Assembly (NCBI GenBank): GCA_012295275.1
Contig: CM022678.1
Span: 1,488,001-1,552,000 of the forward strand
DNA from: Chrysomallon squamiferum
Taxonomy: Eukaryota > Animalia > Mollusca
Direction of reading: 5' to 3'
DNA: 64,000 nt
Below, one piece after another: positions 28,001-40,700 of the stretch. The notes below the pieces were generated by a model, which searched no databases, had not been told where the DNA came from, and saw nothing but the letters and a program-made list of their open reading frames with translations. Numbering within the stretch: the first letter of the stretch is position 1; every line of letters begins with the position of its first letter. The position numbers and the translations under genes were made by a program.

Positions 28001-30882
28001 GCAGACTGAACAGAACGTAATCACTGCGTGTTTTATAAAATAAAATAAAAATAATGATCAAAAATGCTACATTTCATTGAAATTTAACTCGTTCAGTTGT
28101 ATTTTTAATTTTTTGAATGAAATAAGAATACAATATAATAAATAAAATAATATAAGAATAATAATAATAGAAACGGAACTTTATGTGTGGAGAAACAAAT
28201 TTATATTTTTATATTTTGAAACAACTTACATATTTTGGTGGATCTTCGTAACCAGTTTCTGAAATAAATTTTAAATATAGATATGAAACATACGTATTTT
28301 TAATTCAAGATGAAATAAAGAAACCTCGATTATATTTGCCTTTCATTGTTCTGTTACACAGCATATCAAGTGACAAGGAAGAAAAACAGGAAGAAAAAAA
28401 GAAAATAATTCCAAATGTCCATGTGACGGAACCTCATTAGTGACTTCGCCACACTTGTTTTTAATCAGAATTTTGTGTAGTAAATTACATGATATTCGTA
28501 TATTTGTACATACCCGTCGAACGCAGAATGGCTGCTACATTTTATATTCATATCATATTACGGTAATATTTATTTAGCTATCGTGTATAATCATGTTTAT
28601 AAATTTATATGTTTACAGTTCTTCAATGTTTAGCTAATTAATGTGGGAAAATGGGGTAACTACACGAGAACTAAATAGCAGAGTATGCAGACATTCATAG
28701 GCTGTTTAGAAGCTGTATTATATAATCAGGGGAAGTTCTGTTATTTTGTAAACTGAGAAACATTGGGATTATAAACTCAAAATTGGCGTTAAAGTTGCAA
28801 AGTAAATTTGCCTTCTTGCGACACGTCGTTAGATTGGTTAGAACATTAAAGTAACCAACTAGGCTATTTGCTTTTACATTATGTCGTTGACTAAATTATA
28901 TATGTTACCATTGGAGTTGACGCTCCAAAACATCTTGTCATCAAACACGAAAGACAGAGAGTTAGTCCTCGCTGCAGTAACAACATACATTCTGAACACA
29001 AAACATAAACTTTAGACTCTTGGAGTTAAAAATTTGAATATTTTTTATATTTTTGTTTTTGGAGAGGGGTTTGACAGAAAAACAAACAACAATTGAATGA
29101 ATTTATTGACTTACAGATTGATTGGTTGAACAGCTGATTGATCCATGGATGGATCGGCTGATTGCCGGATCAATTTGAATAGCCAATTAAGTTAATAATT
29201 ACAAAAATAAGAATCAAAAATATACGTTACCTACTTTCAGACCATACTAACCCGGTTATTCAATTTTAAAAATGTACATAATAAATCTAAATAAGTTAAC
29301 TACGTTCATGCTTTATTTTTTTTTTTACATGTGTTTATAGCATCTTTTAAATCAATAAAAAGACCATTGACAAAGAGAAGAAGAAGAAAAAAAAACAGAT
29401 TGTAATTGTTGGACCAGAGGGAAGCAGCCAAAAAGATCAAGGAAACAAAAACAGCAGCCGAGAAGAGAACAAACAAACAGGACGCAACCAACACTGACCC
29501 AGTGACGAATACGAGACATTCAACGAGTTAGAGTTAGAGTTAGAGTTAGAGTTAGAGTGCCGGAAACAACAACGAGCGGAAAACATCAACGAAACATCGC
29601 AACCAGTTCGTTACGATCCGATATGCTGGACACTCCCTTGTGTTCTGTAATCCTAACGAGAACCCACTTTCTGCGACAGACACGCCCGCTGACTTGTTAG
29701 AAAGCGAGCCAGTCGTAGAGCTTGCTCTGATTAGCACGTTATATCTTTTCAAGGTTCAAGGTTCAAGGCCACCGTGACGGTCCACAGATTAACTTTTGTT
29801 TGTTTTCAGCTTGTATTAATAATATTAACAGGTCCAGCAATACAACTTCTGTGTCTAGGCTTTTATTTATCTGTTTTAAGGAATAGGTACTGTTGGAGGT
29901 TTATTCATTCTTTCTTTTCTTATTTATTTATCTTTTTAATTTATTTTTATATCGTTTGTTTGGTTTTCATTTAATGCTGTGTTATTAGGGTATCGACTAA
30001 ATGGCAGTAAGCCAAGTAAGCTATGAACAGACCTTCCTGCTTCTAGCGTGTGAACTTTACACATTTCTTGTTTTTATTATTGTCACATAGTATTATTATT
30101 ATTGTTACTACTATTGCTACTACTATTTTGTAAAGTATTTATAATTATGTATACAAACACACATAGGTGTCTATATATTAGCCGTTCTGTAAACAAACAT
30201 CGCAAATAACACTTGATTCGCCTGCTAAATGTCGAACAATACAACAAGCTCACACACACTAAGCTCACACACACTAAGCCACAGGTTTTCAACCTGGGGT
30301 CTCCAGCCTTTTTTCTGGGGGTCGAGAGATCGTTCTTGAGCGAGGATATGATTTAGCTTTTTTCAACGTGACTTGGAAGGAGGAATAAGTAAAAGCTGTT
30401 TGGGACCCGTAATACTGAATTCCTCTTGTAGTGTCCTTGGTTGATGAAAATATGGTAAGCATAGATATTAATGAATCAGAAATTTTATCGGTCATATTGA
30501 GTTGCTTATAAAGGGTAACGGTATGAAAAAGGTTGAAAACCAGTACCATAAGCAAAACGATTGTCAATTTTACGTCAGTAAACAACTGTCTGGGTATATT
30601 GCTAGAGTAACTCTTCTGCTCATTTGTTTTGCTGGGAACAGTTCTCAGTACAGCTGTATCATTTATTTGTATTGGTATCCCTTATTTCCGTTAAATGCAG
30701 GCTTCGAAAATATGTACAGATTGTTGCATCTTTCTCTAGTGTTTTTCTGTATTACGGTTATAAACGATAGTAATCGATCTCTCTCTATATATGTGTTATT
30801 TAGACTACAGTCTGTGTAGGTTGTTTTATGTTGTTTTTCATAACATACTAATGTATCAGGACTTACCTCCTTTGGTCTCCAT
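25083..30882 (-). CDS. CD225/dispanin (IFITM/PRRT1-like) membrane protein, copy 1, 160 aa
   Basis: Exons 30882-30867, 28258-28230, 27413-27282, 26582-26424 and 25229-25083 join in phase: METKGETGYEDPPKYPPPAYDQLEANYGPPPAYDQLEANYELPSPRYGHERETRNIPIVIIRQPRITLNVRPPADTLNVRPPGRPPDYMILSLISFCFNFPMAIIAIFCSVQ|SRTASDIGDYEEARNLGKMAKVTAITGIVIAIVIVVTVMFTLLKTSNT*. The PDY..S..F.F..P...IA...S..SR....GD...A....K.AK + TM pattern is the CD225 signature. Confidence 0.85.
29525..29556. repeat. (TTAGAG)n hexamer repeat
   Basis: About 5 units here, about 13 at 48281-48362, and degenerate at 57181-57207. Confidence 0.85.
30279..30545. mobile_element. Degenerate hAT (Charlie-type) MITE; copies at ~49070-49333 and ~57921-58201
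   Basis: Ends caggttttcaacctggggtc ... aggttgaaaaccagt resemble the CAGTGGTTTTCAACCT terminal inverted repeats of hAT-Charlie elements. Confidence 0.55.
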
Positions 30883-31127
30883 TTTCTTATGTGTCGTTAT
30901 TTGTGAACATTGAGTCAGGAGAACATACAGTGTCACTGGCTCCTTTCCAACGTTTATCGTCCTCTGTTTGACACAGCACGTCTGACGTAAACTTTTCAAC
31001 AACACCTGCCTTGTGTTAGAACTCTGGCTGGGCTCTAACGAGATAATAATCTACAGTTTTTTTCTTTGTCTTTCTTGATTGAGTTGGTGTCAGATTATCA
31101 AGTATGCACCACTGTTTACACTACTTC

Positions 31128-31178
<51 letters not shown>

Positions 31179-33242
31179 TGTACAGTTAAAATCATTTATC
31201 ACATGTTGTAAAATACCTATTGATTAGTAAGAGGTAACGAATGTTTAATATTCAAAATTAATAGTTATTACGTAACAGAGAAATTCTTTTAGCTCAATTA
31301 AATATTGATAAATTATCTGCTCATTACAGTTTAAGCTTGAGATATGCCACAATCAGACCGTGAAAACACTTAATACAAAACTGATAACACTCAAGAAATA
31401 AATGACTGATAAACTAGATATATAAATAAATTAAAACATAATAAAAGAAATCTGGATATCAGATATTTTTTAAATATTACAAATAGACAAACAATTAAAT
31501 AATATATACATGGCTATACGGGCATACATACAGACGTGTATAACGTATTTTAATAACAAAGCGTACACACACACACACAGATACACACACATATACGTTC
31601 ATGTATAAATGCATGCATACATAACATAGGTAGTTATACATTACATTACTGTACTTTACAAATGGACTATTTTAAATGTCAAACATGTCAAATATTATAT
31701 TTGTTTTTTACTTTCTAAACAAGTAACGAAAGATAATACGCCAAAAATCAACGATCACGCTGTCATCTGTAACAGTTGACAAACCAAGCGTTTAACGATT
31801 GAATTGTAAACTGGTACAAACTGTGGTATGTACTGCCGACTGATTTGTCATATTAAATGTATTTAAAATGTATCCTGCTGCTAAGTGAAGAGATATAGCT
31901 GGTACCTTGTGAATGATAAACCTGATAAATATATCAACTAAACTGTATTATATCATATAGCCGATGATTAAAACTGATATCATCATTAAAATCATCATCA
32001 TTAACAACATATTCTTCATCATTATCATAATTAAACTTTTGCTGTTGTTGTTGTTGTTGTTGTGGTTGTTATTCAAAACGCATACAAAGTCGTTAACCGG
32101 CAAGTGGACGCTGAATTGGTGACTTTGACTTGTGGTGTTACTTTTCATGTCCAGCTACGCGTTACTAGCTAACTTTCACCAGGAACATTTAAAGTACAAG
32201 TCGCTGTATGCGGTGAAATTAACTACATTAACTGTGTCTATGTTAGATATAAATTAAACATGAATATGATGATGATGATACTAATAATACAAAGAAGAAG
32301 AAGGACAACAACAACAATAATAATGGTATTAATAATAATAATAATTATAACAGATTAATGAATTAATAAATGAATAAATAAAACAATATTTTGCGGGGTG
32401 GGTACTGTTTGGAATGGTATTCTATCGTTGATAATTTATATTTGTCCTGTAATTGAGGCTGACGTTACAAACTATATTGTATATAAGAATCACTGCTAAA
32501 CTTTCGATATCTTATATTTACATTTAGTCTTATAATTGCACCTTATGCCAAAATCGTATGTTATTATTTCAGGAGGAGAGATCTGACTATAGCTAGCACC
32601 TTATTCTGGTAATATGTAAAAACAAGAAAACACAGAAATAACAATACTATTTAGATGCTAGCAGCAGTATTGTGTTTTATTAAAAATTGTCTAAACAGTG
32701 TTCTTTTCTCGGCGTCGGTGAGAGACTACAAGACGTACAGACGAGTGAGTAACTCCACACTCGAACCGATGCAAGACAAACTTTCTGTTTGTCTTTACAG
32801 ACATTTCACATGATCAGTTGTTTCCGTCTAAGAAATAATTATTGTTATTTATTTAATTGATTACTGTTATTTATTAATGATCATAGTCGATCCCGCACAC
32901 ATTTGAATGTAGCTGACCATGTTGATGATGATGATGATGATGATGATGATAATAATAATAATAACAAAAGAAGTAACAATGGCAGTGTCACGTGACAGTA
33001 CTTAAAGAGCTCGTTATCATGTCTAGGGGTTTAAAAGCACTGTGACAAGGATTGGTAAATTTTAACTGTCACAGTAAACTACATCTAGACATGTGTATAA
33101 ATAACACATCAGGGAGAACACAGTTTGAGTTACTTTTTCATATTCAGGAGATATTTTCTTATGATAACAAACTGTTTACGGTTTTGAGGAAACCTGAGTT
33201 GAAAATAATTAAAGACGGTCAGGGCAGAAGTTAATATATATA

Positions 33243-33664
33243 CAGTGGTACCTCGACTTACGAGTGCCCTAACTTACAAGTTTTCCGAGTTACGAGCAGT
33301 TGCCCTGTCAGTGTTGTGCTAGTACGAGGGAAGCACTTTGGCGATGTGTACCACACTGAAGCAGAAGGAGTCGATAAAGATTTGATGTACGAGTAAATTG
33401 AGTTACGAGCAGTTGCCCTATCAATGTTGTGCTAGTACGAGGGAAGCACTTTGGCGATGTGTACCACACTGAAGCAGAAGGAGTCGATAAAGATTTGATG
33501 TACGAGTAAATTGAGTTACGAGCAGTTGCCCTGTCAATGTTGTGCTAGTACGAGGGAAGTACTTTGACGATGTGTACCACACTGAAGCAGAAGGAGTCGA
33601 TAAAGAAATTGAGTTACGAGCTCGGTCACGCTGCGAATTAAACTCGTAAGTCAAGGTACCAATG
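33243..33664. mobile_element. Tigger/pogo-type MITE with internal triplication
   Basis: TIRs CAGTGGTACCTCGACTTACGAG / CTCGTAAGTCAAGGTACCAATG flanked by TA on both sides; three internal ~115-bp units. Confidence 0.85.
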
Positions 33665-34280
33665 TATTTGTTTCCTTTCTTGTGTCAAGTCTCAGCCCCA
33701 TCCACCCCACATATAAACACAGACACACATACACACACATGTATGTAAGTACTGAAAAATTCTTTCTACCAGTTTTCTAGCTGTTAATGTGGCTATTCTC
33801 GGGTTTTTTCATGCATACTACAGTAAATATTTCGTAAATTTAGAAATAAATTTACAAAAAGAACAAAAAAAAAAAAAAAAAAAAAACTACAACTATAAAA
33901 TAAGATAAACAGTTGCCTCTTTATTAAAAGTACATGTTCACAGACGATTATCTAAAATTTTCTGATCAAGAATTTTTCTCAAATGCAACGAAGTTCAGCT
34001 AATTAAATACACAGCAAAAATTAAGAGATCTGCAACCAATGTTAATTATGCATCTGTCTAATGGATTCTTCTTCATTTCGTTATCTTCTGGCTTTGCTGA
34101 TTTTCTTGATGCTGGTTCGATGACTGGTCGATTGGTTTCCGTTAGAGGTAACTGATTGGTTAGTTGGTTAGTTGGTTGTCTAATTAATTGTTCAATTGTC
34201 AGGAATATTGAAGACTGTAATACTAGTGTCAAGTCTAGGTTTTAGTTTTATTATCCGTAATACGTCTTCTAGAAAGACAA

Positions 34281-34792
34281 TCACACAACATGAAATTTGA
34301 TGACTAATATAACGGCAACAATTATGTTAGTAACAGTGCCGGTAATTGATAGATTCCTGGCCTTTATCCCAAAAAACTTTGCCCTGTCAAAATTGCCAAC
34401 GTCTGACGCAGTTCGGGACTGAAAAATAAACAGAAAACAGATTTATGAAATCCTGCGGCCATTTCGGGCGATATAATTATGTCTGTGTGTGCTAGGTGGG
34501 TAAATCATTTTCCGTATGGATATGTGTGGGTGCCATGTTGTGTGTGTGCTTGGTTGAGTGCGTGTTTGTGAGTGTTAGTTGGGGTGGATGGCTGAGTGAG
34601 GGTGGGTGAGTGTGGGTGTATGTGTGAGTGTATGTGTGTGTGTATGTGTGTGTGTATGTGTGTGAGTGTTAGTTGGGGGTGGATGGCTGAGTGAGGGTGG
34701 GTGAGTGTGGGTGTATGTGTGAGTGCGTGTTTGTGAGTGTTAGTTGGGGTGGATGGCTGAGTGAGGGTGGGTGAGTGTGGGTGTATGTGTGT

Positions 34793-34833
<41 letters not shown>

Positions 34834-37599
34834 TGTTAGTTGGGGGTGGATGGCTGAGTGAGGGTGGGTGAGTGTGGGTGTGTGTGTGTGAGTGTTAGTT
34901 GGGGTGGATGGCTGAGTGAGGGTGGGTGACTGTGGGTGTATGTGTGTGTGTGTGTGAGTGTTAGTTGGGGTGGATGGCTGAGTGAGGGTGGGTGAGTGTG
35001 GGTGTATGTGTGTGTGTGTGTGCGTGTTAGTTGGGGTGGATGGCTGAGTGAGGGTGGGTGAGTGTGGGTGTATGTGTGTGTGTGTGTGTTAGTTGGGGTG
35101 GATGGCTGAGTGAGGGTGGGTGAGTGTGGGTGTATGTGTGTGTGTTGTTAGTGCGGTGGATGGCTGAGTGAGGGTGGGTGAGTGTGTGTTAGTTGGGGTG
35201 GATGGCTGAGTGAGGGTGGGTGAGTGTGGGTGTATGTGTGTGTGTGGGTGTGCGTGTTAGTTGGGGTGGATGGCTGAGTGAGGGTGGGTGAGTGTGGGTG
35301 TGTGTGTGTGTGTGGGTGTGCGTGTTAGTTGGGTTGGATGGCTGAGTGAGGGTGGGTGAGTGTGTTAGTTGGGGTGGATGGCTGAGTGAGGGTGGGTGAG
35401 TGTGGGTGTATGTGTGTGTGTGGGTGTATGTGTGTGTGTGGGTGTGCGTGTTAGTTGGGGTGGATGGCTGAGTGAGGGTGGGTGAGTGTGGGTGTATGTG
35501 TGTGTGTGGGTGTATGTGTGTGTGTGGGTGTGCGTGTTAGTTGGGGTGGATGGCTGAGTGAGGGTGGGTGAGTGTGGGTGTGTACGTATATGTTTCTACT
35601 ACAGCACGCACGTCTTCGTGTAAAACTACTAATTCAGTGAAGAAAGACACAGATTGTAATTTTCTGATAACTTAATATCTGTGAGACCAGAGTAAAATAT
35701 GTAATACAATTAAAGAATCGCCTAATCCTGGTCACTTCTTGAAATGACTGATCATTTTAGACATTACCCGAATAGAGCGGTTGTCTTAGACTTTAGTGAA
35801 GTGATTGATTATTACAGGCATTTCACGTCGTGACAGGTCTTACAGATTAACTGTGACACACTTACATATTCACACGAAAATATTTAGTTCTCCAAATGAC
35901 TTACCTGAATTGAATAGAAGAGAGCGATTATTCCTAGAGGGAAGTTGAAAACAAAAGTTAGGAGACACAGGATCAGGTAATCACTAGGTCGGGCTACAGG
36001 ACAAACAATCACTGGTCGTCGAATAATCTTTAGCTGTAAAAATAGAATATATTATACACACATAGAAAATATATATTTACATACACAGACACCCATACAC
36101 TTGCACACGGTTTAATGTTCATCATTCATATCTCAATAATGCAGAAGTTGTTGCTGTTTGGAATGATGATGTGGTACTCCAACCACAGAAACTGATGCCC
36201 TCTTTTTGTGTCCTCTTCAGCAGCAGAGTCGCAAGTTTTGTCTAACAAGCAGCTCAGTTTTCCAGTCCATTTCGCTGCGTGTACATTATGATCAGAAAAC
36301 GAAATGGATTTAAAAACGTCATACAAATTCCTGATCCAGTAAACACGTTGAAAACTTCAATGTTTCATACTAAACTAGTTTACAGTCTTAGAACGTAGCC
36401 AGTAAGTACGAAGACAGCAGAATTTCTCAGTGACTTACTGACTGAGAAACCGAAACTCACTGACTGGTTCATTAACTCGCACGTTTATTTAATCTGTGCA
36501 AGAAATACATAAATATTCATATATTCGACAGTCTTTCCCTTTTTTAAGTGCAATAACAACAGTAGGTGTGTATCAGTTTTAAAACTATGTTGTTGTTTTC
36601 TTATTATCTCCAGAATAACTTAAAATATAAAACAAATGTTTTATGTGTGTTTTCTTGGGACAGAGTCACAAAATGTGCAGAGAATCTACTTACGATTATT
36701 GGAATGTTTCTTGTTCGTGATTCGTTTTCACGTGTTGGTGATGGACCGTATGTTTGTGGTGGTGGAGGTTGATTATTCGCTTCTAGTTGATCGTATGCTG
36801 GTGGTGGCTAAAATAAATCATCATCATCGTCATCATCGTAGTCACTATTATTATTATTACTGATGTTATCCATATTATTATTACTATTGTTATTTTTTTT
36901 TTATTTATTTGTAATAGCTGTTGTTGTTATTACATACGTAAGTTACACAGACACACGGATGCACACAAAACGAATGTCGATTCTAAGAGAAAAAAGCATC
37001 AATTACGTCTCGTAAGTACCAAATTTTTGAAATTTCACAACCAATGAAAGAAAAACTAATAAAAGTGATACAAAGAATAAATAAATCAAACGATATACGG
37101 GTACCGGACCAATTAACCGGCGTCCTGAAATCCGGACAGACCAGAAAACCGGAACGTTTTTTCACGAAGCTATTTTCATAGATCACAGGCGCGGGTAGGT
37201 TTTCTTCTTTATTCTGGGCGGACAGTTGTCTACTTTGTTTTTGTTATTATTATTATTGTTGTTGTTGTTGTTGTTATTTTTGTTTCTGTTGTTGTTTTTG
37301 TTGTTGTTGTTGTTCTTGCTTTATACATGGGATTCCAAACGAAGAAATATACCAATACATTTAATGGAATAGGAGATCCAAAAGTGAAGCATCAGCCACA
37401 TGAAGTAAATGCTTTGTGTGTATTTTGTTGGGATAGAGTCACTAATTTTTCAGAGAATCTGCTTACGACTATTGGATTGTTTCCTGTTTCTGGTTCGTGT
37501 TCATATCGCGATGATGGACCGTATCTTGGTGGTGGAGGTTCATAGTTCGCTTCTAGTTGATCGTATGCTGGTGGTGGCTAAAATAAATCATCATCTTCG

Positions 37600-37681
<82 letters not shown>

Positions 37682-37745
37682 TGGTTTGTTGTTTTCGTAG
37701 TTATCCATATTATTATTTCTACTATTATTATTATTATTATCATTT

Positions 37746-37788
<43 letters not shown>

Positions 37789-40700
37789 TGGTGTTGTTGT
37801 TTTCGTAGTTATCCATATTATTATTTTCATTTTCATTATTATTATTATTATTACTATTATTATTATTATTTGTTTATTTAGTTATAATAGCTGTTGTTGT
37901 TATTACATAGGTAGGTTCACACAGATATTCGGATGAACACAAAAGGAAGATCGATTCCCGTAGAAAAAAAATCAATCACGTGTCGTAAAATATCAAATTA
38001 ATGAAATTAACAACCAGCGAAAGAAAAAATAATTAAAGTAATATAAAGAATAAATGAATCAAATGATATACTCTATAGTAATACTACTACTACTACTACT
38101 ACTATTAATAATAATAATTATAATAATAACAATAATAATAGTAATAATAATATTATTTTTATTAACATCATCATCTTCATCGTCATTATCGCTATCATTA
38201 TTATTTGTGTTTGAGCAGAAGGTGAAGCAAGGTGCTAACTGTGATAAGTTGTGTGAAAAACGTCACTGTGTTAACACAAACTCATCTTGTGACGTACACA
38301 GAAAAATGTGACGTTGCAGTTTCGAATGGAGCAGACTGTACAGAACGTAATCACTAAGTGTTTTATAAAATAAAATAAAAATAATGAAAAAAAATGTTTC
38401 ATTTCATTGAAATTCAACTCATTCATTTGTAATTTTAAATTTTCTAAATGAAATAAGAATACAATATAATAAATAAAATAATATAAAAATAATAATAAAA
38501 GAAACGGAACTTAATGTATGGAGAAAGAAATTTATATTTTGATATTTTGAAACAACTTACATATTGTGGTGGACATCCTTCGAAACCAGCATCTGAAATA
38601 AATTTTAAATATATACATGAACAATACAATCAACTCTTCGACATTTGCGAATTAAAACACGCCCTCAAACACAAGAAAAGTACAGCCACGGGGCCAGATA
38701 AGATAAGCTACACAACTCTACAACACCTACCAGATGAAACACTGCTAATTTAACTCGACATCTACAACACACTATGCACCACAGGCAAGATTCCAACAAA
38801 GTGGAAACCTGCCGAATGTTTTAGCTTGCCCAAACCACACAAAGATCACTCACTACCCAACAGCTACAGACCGATCACGATGACGTCACACATGTGCAAA
38901 ACACTGGAAACGATGATCAACACACGTCTGAACCAGCATCTTAACGACAACAATTTAATTAGCAACTATAAAAGCGGATTCACGTAGAAACACAGCACAA
39001 ACGACCAGATCACCTGTCTGCAAACATCAATCAACCAATCGTTTAGGAAATCGAAAAACGTCATCGCAGTTTTCATAGACATTGAAAAAGCCTTCGACAT
39101 GGCATGGAGGAAAGGACTGCTTGTCAAATTAATCAACAACATCATCAAAGGCAAAATGTTCAACTTCATTAAAGACTTCATCAACAACAGATCCATGGGA
39201 TCCGTGATCTCGCCAACACTCTTCAACATTTACATCAACGACATCGACATAGCACTCGACAAACAAGACAACGCCAACCGAACCAATAAACACAGCACTC
39301 TTCGCAGACGACTGCGCTTTTTGGTGTGCAGGCAGATCGATCGCAGCAATGGAGAAACAAATACAAAAATACCTAAACAACGTAAACGATTGGGCGTTGA
39401 AATGGGGCATAAAGATTTCTCTTTCCAAAACGACATGACACATTTTCAACAACAAACCCCAGACAACAACAAAATCCCACTAAACATCGACCACAACATC
39501 ATAACACAAACCAAAACATTCAAATTTCTGTGACATTTGACAGTCAACTGAACTTCTGATGCCACATACGCAACATAATTACATCCTGAAGAAACACACA
39601 ATCTTCTAAAATTAATTTAAGGAACCAGTTGGGAAGCAAACGAGTCAATGCTAATTCTAATATGCAAAGCGTGTATTCTCTCCAAGCTCGACTACGGAGC
39701 CACGGCTTACTCGAATGCTTCCGAACACTCTTTAAAAAAGGTAGATGTAATTCAATGCAGCGCCTCAGAGTGATCGGCCACCTGCCAAACACAACACCAT
39801 CCGACAGCCTCCTGTCAGAATACAGCATCCAACCACTGAAATACAGAAGAAAGCTGCAGTTACTGAAATACAACCTAAAAATACACACCCTGAACACAGA
39901 CCACCCTGTCAAGGATCTGGTCCCCGACCCACAAAGAATAGGGCAACTCTTTAAATTGCATTGTCTACTACTATCGAATTTCCCGACAAAAGCCAGCGAA
40001 ATCGAAAAGAAATAGAGGAAATACCACAAATCAACAAAACCAGCAATAAACACACCTTTCCTAATCAAAACAGAGTTCCCACCGTTCAAAAAAGCAAATG
40101 ACCACTACAAACGACACAGGCACATCTACACCGACTGATCCAAAAACCCAGACAACGGGAGAGTAGCATTCGCCTTCATAGTCCAAGATCACACAAACAA
40201 ACCCACATGCATACAATTCGGCCGTATCAGAAATCACCTTTCGGTGTATACATTGCCGAATTGGTCGCCATCATGAGAGCCATGCTGTGGATGAAACACA
40301 ACAACAACAAACACACAGTCATATTCTCGGACAGTCTAAGTTCCGTGATCTCAATACAATCCGGACATTCCAGCAGACCAGACCTATTCAGCACAATACA
40401 ACATCTACACGAAGATATACTAGAGAACAGCAAACATCTAGTCATCGAGTGGCTCCCAATACATGTCGGCATCATCTGCAACGAATTTGCCGACCATTAC
40501 GCCAAAGAGTCACTCAGCATGAAAGACAAAGACATATGCACCAGTATACAATGTCGGAACAAATGAAATTGTGTCCTTCGCAGCCAAACATTACGATAAA
40601 CAGTGGCAAAACGATTGGAACAACATCAAAAACAGATGGCACTTGAACATCAAACCACTCATCAAAACACCCAAAATCACACTCGCCAACAAACTACACA

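Noticed and set aside
37096-37165. Possible pogo-like MITE end
   Set aside because: Only one TIR-like end is visible; insufficient support.
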